Source: a virus. Taken from it: DNA of 64,000 bases. A program made the position numbers and the translations under genes. The DNA is taken from positions 32,001-96,000 of IMG/VR virus record IMGVR_UViG_3300009082_000017, one strand, 5' to 3'. Positions 58,256-64,000 of the stretch are shown here, piece by piece (positions within the stretch are counted from its first letter, which is position 1; each line of letters begins with the position of its first letter). Below the pieces are notes generated by a model that worked only from the letters and a program-made list of their open reading frames with translations, was not told the origin of the DNA and ran no database searches.

Positions 58256-58696
58256 ATGTGTAGACCAGAACCAGAAAGGACACCTATGGCTGTTTATGAA
58301 AGACCAGAACCAACTACACTACCTCCAACATCAAGACCAACTATTCATAATGAGAATTGTTGTTCACATTGCGGAAGTGGAATTGATGCAGAAGACAAAA
58401 ATTGTACAAGATGTGGTGCCCCAAATGAAAATTATATGCAAAATAATATCAAAAAACAAACATATAATAAGGTTGTATGGATGGATGAATGTTTATATTT
58501 TGATTCAAATGGGTTTACACGGCTTAGTCATAAGGCGAAAAATGGAATTGTTGGAATTGTAGACAAAAGTAATGAAAATTCTTATACATATTACAGAATG
58601 GATACATATATGCCTCATGAAACCTATGACATTATTGGTTGTAGTGATTTGAAAAATAAAACAGTTTTAGTAAGTTACAACCCCATGAATGTGTAA
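58256..58696 (+). CDS. Zn-ribbon protein
   Basis: CSHCG...CTRCGAP; site-bounded. Confidence 0.65.
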   Translation: MCRPEPERTPMAVYERPEPTTLPPTSRPTIHNENCCSHCGSGIDAEDKNCTRCGAPNENYMQNNIKKQTYNKVVWMDECLYFDSNGFTRLSHKAKNGIVGIVDKSNENSYTYYRMDTYMPHETYDIIGCSDLKNKTVLVSYNPMNV

Positions 58697-58733
58697 TTTT
58701 ATGGAAAAGAAATGGTGGATAAATATTAAAAAG

Positions 58734-58922
58734 ATGAATAATGATATAAATGTATTGCCCGTTGGTGATATAAAATCGCATATCGAAGATGCAACTTGCC
58801 CCTGCAATCCGAGAATTGAAGTTATAAGGGCTAATTTATTAATTGTTCATCATGCTTGGGATAATAGAGAATTATTTGAGGAAATTGATGCTGCTATAAA
58901 AGATGGTAGTTTAATGAAATAG
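58734..58922 (+). CDS. Hypothetical protein
   Basis: VLPVGD...H...CPCNP...VHHAWDNRE; start uncertain. Confidence 0.6.
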   Translation: MNNDINVLPVGDIKSHIEDATCPCNPRIEVIRANLLIVHHAWDNRELFEEIDAAIKDGSLMK

Positions 58923-59241
58923 TGCTTTCATGGATAAAATTAAGGAGAAATAATGGATTATAAAAAGGTTTACGGGCACGTTGATAAGTTTGGTGATTTT
59001 TATGAGGATAAAGAAGAGGCATCAGATGAACCGGATTTGATTATTAATTTTGACGAATATTTTCGATGGTTTTATGTTATGAAAATTGTCAAATTTTTCA
59101 AGAAACTATTACACATAAAATGAGCAATTCATGGAGTACAAATGAATAGTAAAAATAAAAACATACAGACAATAATTTGGATTCTAGGAATCATATTATT
59201 CCTTATAATTACTTTTGGAGAAAGTTTTAGGTGGTGGTAAA

Positions 59242-59451
59242 GTGACAAAAGAAAAGAAAATTTTACATAATCGTGCTCAATGCAAAAAATGCAACGATAT
59301 TATTGAATCAAAAACTGTTCATAATTTTGTTTCTTGTAAATGTGGTGAAATTTTTATTGATGGTGGTTTAGAATATTGCCATTGGGGAGCTAATGATTTG
59401 GATAATATTATTGATATGTGTGAATATGAAAGCGAAGAATCTAATGGGTAA
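59242..59451 (+). CDS. Phage Zn-binding protein
   Basis: NRAQCKKCNDIIES...CKCG..FIDGG. Confidence 0.7.
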   Translation: MTKEKKILHNRAQCKKCNDIIESKTVHNFVSCKCGEIFIDGGLEYCHWGANDLDNIIDMCEYESEESNG

Positions 59452-59824
59452 ACTTGGAATACAATTAGTTTTTAAGCCAACATCCGAAGATTATGAAGAT
59501 GATGAATTTTATCGTTTTGATAATTTAAATTGGGGACTATCTGATTACAGTTTCTTTGGAAACGATACTTCTGCTGGAGACTGGTATATAGAATCTATTG
59601 GATTTTCAGATTTATATGAAGGTTATTTAAAAGAAGTTATTGATCCTATTGCTATAGAAAGAATAAGAGAATATTCGCAAAATACAAATTATGATAGACT
59701 CTATGATAAGAAAATACAGATTCCAATTCTTGTTGATGCTTGGTGGGAAGAAGAAATTGATTGGGAGTCAGGTGTAGATGAAGGCTCATATGAATTTCAG
59801 TTTGATAGAATTTTAGATATATAA
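59444..59824 (+). CDS. Acidic hypothetical protein
   Basis: Overlaps the upstream stop. Confidence 0.65.
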   Translation: MGKLGIQLVFKPTSEDYEDDEFYRFDNLNWGLSDYSFFGNDTSAGDWYIESIGFSDLYEGYLKEVIDPIAIERIREYSQNTNYDRLYDKKIQIPILVDAWWEEEIDWESGVDEGSYEFQFDRILDI

Positions 59825-59829
59825 TTAGT

Positions 59830-60075
59830 ATGGAAGGAATGAAAATGTATAAAGATATTTGTACAATAGCGACAGTATTATTGCGAGATGGAACTTTCTT
59901 ACGGGCAGTAATATTTGATGATAATAATCCCAAAGAAAGATCAATCCAAGACGAAGCGATAATTCGTCAAAAGTTTACTGAAGATAAATTAATAGCATTT
60001 CAAACCGCAAATATCAATGGTCATTTCCATCCTATTAATGTTTTGTGGTATGATATTATTTTTGAAGAGTTTTAA
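59830..60075 (+). CDS. Hypothetical protein
   Basis: Ends just before site 60079; start may be 59845. Confidence 0.6.
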   Translation: MEGMKMYKDICTIATVLLRDGTFLRAVIFDDNNPKERSIQDEAIIRQKFTEDKLIAFQTANINGHFHPINVLWYDIIFEEF

Positions 60076-60095
60076 CCCCATAAAAGGAGAATTTC

Positions 60096-60371
60096 ATGGA
60101 TTACAGAGATGAGATACAAGAATTTTTAAAAGAGTTTGAAAAAGAATTTAAATTAAATTTACAACAACTAAATTGGGTAGACCAAAGACTAGAGGAAGTA
60201 TATAGTTTTGGTTTAGACGATGGTCAAAATTCTAGATCTGAAAAAGATTATGACGAAGGCTATAGTGACGCTAAAGATTATTTTACAAACGAAGATAGAG
60301 AAGATGAATTTTATGACGATGGATATAAAAAAGGATATGAAGAAGCAAAAAGGGATTATGGGATCGAATGA
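60096..60371 (+). CDS. Acidic hypothetical protein (YDEGY-type repeats)
   Basis: SD AAAGGAG and ATG both inside site 60079. Confidence 0.7.
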   Translation: MDYRDEIQEFLKEFEKEFKLNLQQLNWVDQRLEEVYSFGLDDGQNSRSEKDYDEGYSDAKDYFTNEDREDEFYDDGYKKGYEEAKRDYGIE

Positions 60372-61345
60372 AAATTAACACTGAAGAATATTATGATTAT
60401 GACGATCTTGTTATTAAACCGAAACCATCATCTATCCCATCAAGGGATGATGTTGATATTTCTGTTAATGTGCTAGATAGATTCACATTAAAATTTCCAG
60501 TTTTTGCAAGCCCAATGAGGGCAATTGTAAACGCTGATTTTTGTAAATTGTTTGCTGATTTAGGAGGTTGTGGAATCCTTCATCGTTTCTATGACACAAA
60601 AGACGAATGGTATCTAGAAGCAGAAAAAATATCTGAAGCAAAAATATTTGGTTTGTCTATTGGCATGAATGATTATGCAGTTGCCATGGATTTTCTTAAA
60701 TTTAATCCTCATGTGATTTTATTAGATGTCGCAAATGGCTACACCGACTCTGTTATTAATTTTTGTAAAAGTTTGCGAAAGTTAATTGATAAGGAAAGTC
60801 CTAGTACGTTATTAATGGCTGGCAATATTGCAAGTTATGAAGGAGCCGAAAATCTTTATAAAGCAGGTGTTGATATGGTTCGCTGCGGAATTGGGGGTGG
60901 CGGTCTTTGCTCAACTAGGAATAAAACTGGTGTGGCGGTTCCTCAACTTTCAGCAGTTATGGATTCATCTAAATCTGATGTGTTTATTGTAAATGATGGT
61001 GGAATTAGAAATGCTGGTGATGCAACAAAAGCATTTATAGCAGGAGCAGATGCAATTATGTGTGGCAGTATCCTTGCACAAACTTATGAAAGTCCAGCCG
61101 AGAATACCATTTTCGGTATGGCCTCAAGAAAGTTACAGGATTTGCGTCACACACAAGTAAAATCTGTTGAAGGAATTGAAAAGTTTATTGAAAAGAAAAT
61201 GTCTCTAAAAGATTTTGTGGAAGAATTTTCTTGGGATATGCGATCTACTGGAACAATGATTAATGCTAGAAGTCTTCAAGAAATGCGAAATAATGGCGAA
61301 TTTCTTAAGGTTGGCAAAGGTACATTGAGTCTTGACAAGAATTAG
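60368..61345 (+). CDS. guaC: GMP reductase / IMP dehydrogenase family (no CBS domains)
   Basis: YDYDDL..KP, LLDVANG, AGNI, GIGGGGLCSTR..TGVAVPQ, DGGIRNAGD, GMAS, VEG. Confidence 0.8.
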   Translation: MKINTEEYYDYDDLVIKPKPSSIPSRDDVDISVNVLDRFTLKFPVFASPMRAIVNADFCKLFADLGGCGILHRFYDTKDEWYLEAEKISEAKIFGLSIGMNDYAVAMDFLKFNPHVILLDVANGYTDSVINFCKSLRKLIDKESPSTLLMAGNIASYEGAENLYKAGVDMVRCGIGGGGLCSTRNKTGVAVPQLSAVMDSSKSDVFIVNDGGIRNAGDATKAFIAGADAIMCGSILAQTYESPAENTIFGMASRKLQDLRHTQVKSVEGIEKFIEKKMSLKDFVEEFSWDMRSTGTMINARSLQEMRNNGEFLKVGKGTLSLDKN

Positions 61346-61393
61346 TTTATGTGATATAGTTATGGTATAAAATAAATAAACCAAGGAGATAAT

Positions 61394-62482
61394 ATGAGCA
61401 CATTGATTGTAGAAATTTGCGAAATTGAAAACGTCCAGAAGCATCCTAACGCTGACCGATTATCGGTAGCCCAAGTGAAGGGTTGGAACGTGATCATCGG
61501 ATTAGACCAATATAAAAATGGAGACCTCGTAACATTTATCCCTCCAGATTGCATCATACCTCCTAACCTTATTGAAGAACATAAGTTGGAATATTTACGT
61601 AGCGATGGTCGCACCAAAAGTGTTAAACTTCGTGGGTATTTGTCTCAAGGTCTTGTGTTAGATGTACCTAAAGGAAAATTCAAATTAGGAGATGATGTAT
61701 CTTCTGTTTTGGGTATTACAAAATGGCAACCTCCTGAACCAAAATATTCTGCACAAAATCAAACAAAGAAAACTTCTAAAAAGAAAATTAATCCTTTGTT
61801 TGATAAATATACTGATATTGAGAATATCAAACATTATAATGATGTTTTCAAAGATGGTGATATTGTTGCGATAACCGAAAAGATCCATGGCGCGAATTCA
61901 CGTTACGCCAATCTTGAAATTTCTATCAATAAAAACCAACCATTCTTTGATAGGATTGAATCATTTATTAAAAAATATATTTTAAAACATACTCATGAAT
62001 TTGTATATGGTTCACACAATGTTCAAATTACTTATCATTCAAACAGAAAGTCTTTCTATGGAGAAGATGTTTGGGGGAGTATTGCAAAGAAATATAATTT
62101 GGCAAATATTATTCCTCAAGATTATATTGTTTATGGTGAGGTGTATGGGCAAGGAATTCAAGATTTGACCTATGGGCTTTCTAGTGTTGATTTAGTAGTA
62201 TTTGATATTAAATATAAAAATCAATATTTAGATTGGGAAGTTGTAAAAGATTTATGCCAGCAATGGAATTTAAAGACTGTCCCACAATTATATGTAGGAG
62301 AATTTTCAAATGAAATCCTAAGACTGACTGATGGGAATTCTATGGTTTGCCCATATCAAATTCGTGAGGGAATTGTAATCAAGATGCTTCATGAAGAAAA
62401 TGATCCTATAATTGGGAGGAAAATTTTGAAGAGTGTTAGTGCTGATTATTTGACCCGTAAGGGAGCGACGGAATACCAATGA
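61394..62482 (+). CDS. RNA ligase, DRB0094/Rnl5-like
   Basis: N-terminal HPNADRL...LRGYLSQGL; TEKIHG, YGEVYG, FDI, REGIVIK, LKSVS; promoter TTGACA at 61332. Confidence 0.85.
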   Translation: MSTLIVEICEIENVQKHPNADRLSVAQVKGWNVIIGLDQYKNGDLVTFIPPDCIIPPNLIEEHKLEYLRSDGRTKSVKLRGYLSQGLVLDVPKGKFKLGDDVSSVLGITKWQPPEPKYSAQNQTKKTSKKKINPLFDKYTDIENIKHYNDVFKDGDIVAITEKIHGANSRYANLEISINKNQPFFDRIESFIKKYILKHTHEFVYGSHNVQITYHSNRKSFYGEDVWGSIAKKYNLANIIPQDYIVYGEVYGQGIQDLTYGLSSVDLVVFDIKYKNQYLDWEVVKDLCQQWNLKTVPQLYVGEFSNEILRLTDGNSMVCPYQIREGIVIKMLHEENDPIIGRKILKSVSADYLTRKGATEYQ

Positions 62483-63312
62483 AAAAAGTTATTCTCACTA
62501 AGGGACTCCAAGGTTGCGGGAAAACAACTTGGGCAAAACAGATGCAAGCAGATTTTCCTAATCAGTATAAGCGCGTCAATAAGGACGATCTTAGACTCAT
62601 GCTTGATAATTCTATTTGGAGCAAAGGAAATGAAAAGTTTGTTTTAAAACTTCGTGATCATATTATTTTACAAGCATTAGAAGATGGAAAGCATGTGATT
62701 GTGGACGACACTAATTTAAATGTCGTCCACGAAAACCATATCAAAGAATTAGTAAAGGGTTTGGCAGAAGTAGAAATAAAAGACTTCACGGACATTGATA
62801 TTGAAACTTGTATCAAAAATGATACTAAACGTGCTAATCCTGTTGGAGAAAAGATTATTCGTCAAACCTATAAACAATGGTTGTATAAAGAACCGGTTAA
62901 GCCAGAATATATAAACGATGCTCCAGATGTGATTATTTGTGACATGGATGGTACACTATCATTATTCGGTGATAAGAATCCATACGAAAGAGATTTTGAA
63001 AATGATATATTAAATAATGTTATTTATGATATTATCAAAAATAAAAACTTACTTTTCGTTTCTGGACGTAAAAATAAATATAGAAATAAAACATTAGAAT
63101 TTTTGCAAAACAATAATATTAAATTTATTTCTTTGTTTATGCGAGGCGATGAGGATGATAGAAAAGATTCTATTGTCAAAAAAGAAATTTACGAGAAATA
63201 TATCTTAGGGAAATATAATGTTCAATTTGTTTTAGATGATCGAACACAGGTTGTAAAATTATGGCGTTCTTTAGGACTGACATGTCTACAAGTAGCAGAT
63301 GGTGATTTTTAA
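62479..63312 (+). CDS. pseT: Polynucleotide 5'-kinase/3'-phosphatase (T4 PseT-like)
   Basis: GLQGCGKTT, RVNKDDLR, DDTN, CDMDGTL, SGR, LDDR, GDF. Confidence 0.9.
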   Translation: MKKVILTKGLQGCGKTTWAKQMQADFPNQYKRVNKDDLRLMLDNSIWSKGNEKFVLKLRDHIILQALEDGKHVIVDDTNLNVVHENHIKELVKGLAEVEIKDFTDIDIETCIKNDTKRANPVGEKIIRQTYKQWLYKEPVKPEYINDAPDVIICDMDGTLSLFGDKNPYERDFENDILNNVIYDIIKNKNLLFVSGRKNKYRNKTLEFLQNNNIKFISLFMRGDEDDRKDSIVKKEIYEKYILGKYNVQFVLDDRTQVVKLWRSLGLTCLQVADGDF

Positions 63313-63384
63313 CCCCATGAAATAACCCTTTTATTGGGATTTTTCAATCAATTATTAGTAAAAAGGAGAGAAAATGGACGCAAA

Positions 63385-63639
63385 ATGATGTTGGATTTAG
63401 GAAAAGAAAACGGACTACAAACTATGCGCGAATGTTATGAATCTGTTATGACAGACTATAAAAAGTTTTTCTCAGATGAAAATTATTTGAATGAAGAAGC
63501 TACTTTTGAAAATGATATTGATAAATATGGTCTAGAATTGACTGACACTATTAAAGAAGCTTATGTTAAACTTGGTGTTGAAGAATCTGTTTGGAATGAA
63601 GTAGAAGATTCACAAAATAAAAATTTATTAGGATGTTAA
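63385..63639 (+). CDS. Hypothetical protein
   Basis: ATG 63385 overlaps the stop of a 4-codon ORF that carries the SD. Confidence 0.55.
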   Translation: MMLDLGKENGLQTMRECYESVMTDYKKFFSDENYLNEEATFENDIDKYGLELTDTIKEAYVKLGVEESVWNEVEDSQNKNLLGC

Positions 63640-63649
63640 AGGATAAAAT

Positions 63650-63898
63650 ATGACAAATAAAATCACCATCACCTCAATAACTATAACTCCTCCTAAAACT
63701 ATTGTTCGTTGGAGTGATAAAACACGCACAGAAGTAAACTGCGATACAGATCCTTTTGATGAAGAAAAAGGTGTATTGTTATGTATTTGTAAGAAATTTT
63801 TAGGGTCATATTCTGAAGTTATGAAGGCAGTGGATATGGGCAAGAATGATGTTAAGGAAAGTATTAAGAAGTTTAATGAGAGTAGGAAATTACTCTAA
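63650..63898 (+). CDS. Phage hypothetical protein (related to 51551-51955)
   Basis: TIVRWSDKTRTEVNC...FDEEKG...CICKK. Confidence 0.75.
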   Translation: MTNKITITSITITPPKTIVRWSDKTRTEVNCDTDPFDEEKGVLLCICKKFLGSYSEVMKAVDMGKNDVKESIKKFNESRKLL

Positions 63899-64000
63899 TG
63901 AAATCTCTGTTTCATGGAGTAAGGAAAATTATGGACTGGATATTTAAAAGATTAACTTGTTTCTTTAAAGGATGCAATAAAACATATTGGCACGAAAATG

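Larger units (their letters stand above)
3989..63916. repeat. Dispersed family of 57 intergenic palindromic sites (C/A)AT(G/A)AA(A/T)-N6-(T/A)TT(C/T)AT(G/T)
   Basis: 20-bp core starts: 3989,6001,6451,9058,17409,23126,23484,25731,29069,29768,30317,31570,32755,33445,34018,34537,35302,35676,35937,36993,37198,37318,38601,39324,40029,40746,41194,41523(7-bp spacer),41869,42088,42852,43070,43306,44975,45293,46251,46517,46913,47176,50796,51508,51962,52491,52711,53372,53829,54756,55578,55850,57586,58214,58684,58913,59114,60079,63316,63897. Some copies deviate from consensus by 1-2 bases. Confidence 0.95.

Noticed and set aside
1401-63843. Short antisense or out-of-frame ORFs in the track (e.g. 1401-1583, 2676-3122, 13458-13775, 28599-29045, 46532-46831, 51977-52273, 61360-61617)
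   Set aside because: They overlap better-supported genes, lack SDs and look like shadow frames.
3989-63916. Dispersed palindrome as a CRISPR array or as intrinsic terminators
   Set aside because: Copies are separated by whole genes and have a variable centre. Arms are AT-rich, do not co-vary and lack U-tails. No cas genes are visible.
3989-63916. Sites as classical attC or XerCD dif
   Set aside because: No RYYYAAC/GTTRRRY ends or long attC stem, and no TTATGTTAAAT XerD arm. Only the geometry resembles dif.
1-64000. Stop-codon reassignment
   Set aside because: Long genes are intact in code 11; TAA, TAG and TGA all end genes; no suppressor tRNA seen.

Overview
AT-rich window from a large tailed-phage (or prophage) genome with SPbeta-like gene order. 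1-14.1 kb (minus strand) holds the portal (partial), terminase large subunit, putative small terminase, virion-type proteins, PhoH, a DEDD/RNase H-like exonuclease, HU, a YonO-type single-subunit RNA polymerase (N-terminus extends to an ATT start at 14080), tRNA-Thr, tRNA-Pro and a candidate structured ncRNA. 14.9-16.6 kb encodes an SF2 helicase-like protein. 16.6-17.9 kb is non-coding and switches strand skew (possible genome end or origin). 18-64 kb is a long array of about 100 mostly small, co-oriented genes behind sigma70/sigmaA promoters. These include ArdC-N, a solo TnpB, tRNA-Arg, a Prs-like + NAMPT-like pair (NARP1-type), two HNH-AP2 nucleases, DenV, a DNA MTase, DNA ligase, GMP reductase/IMPDH, RNA ligase and PNKP. 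Main observation: I found 57 copies of a 20-bp imperfect palindrome (C/A)AT(G/A)AA(A/T)-N6-(T/A)TT(C/T)AT(G/T), often extendable to a dif-like 11-6-11 layout. They sit almost only at gene boundaries, often supply the stop codon, sometimes the start codon and SD, and cut the accessory genome into cassette-like modules. The tnpB gene and a second orphan omegaRNA-like scaffold each fill their own site-bounded module, and both scaffolds end exactly in the left arm of a site, so the site's variable 6-bp core could begin the guide. Several sites are flanked in fixed register by LexA-type GAAC-N4-GTTC boxes. No recombinase gene is visible in this window, so the cassette and guide models are inference. 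All counts were made by eye.
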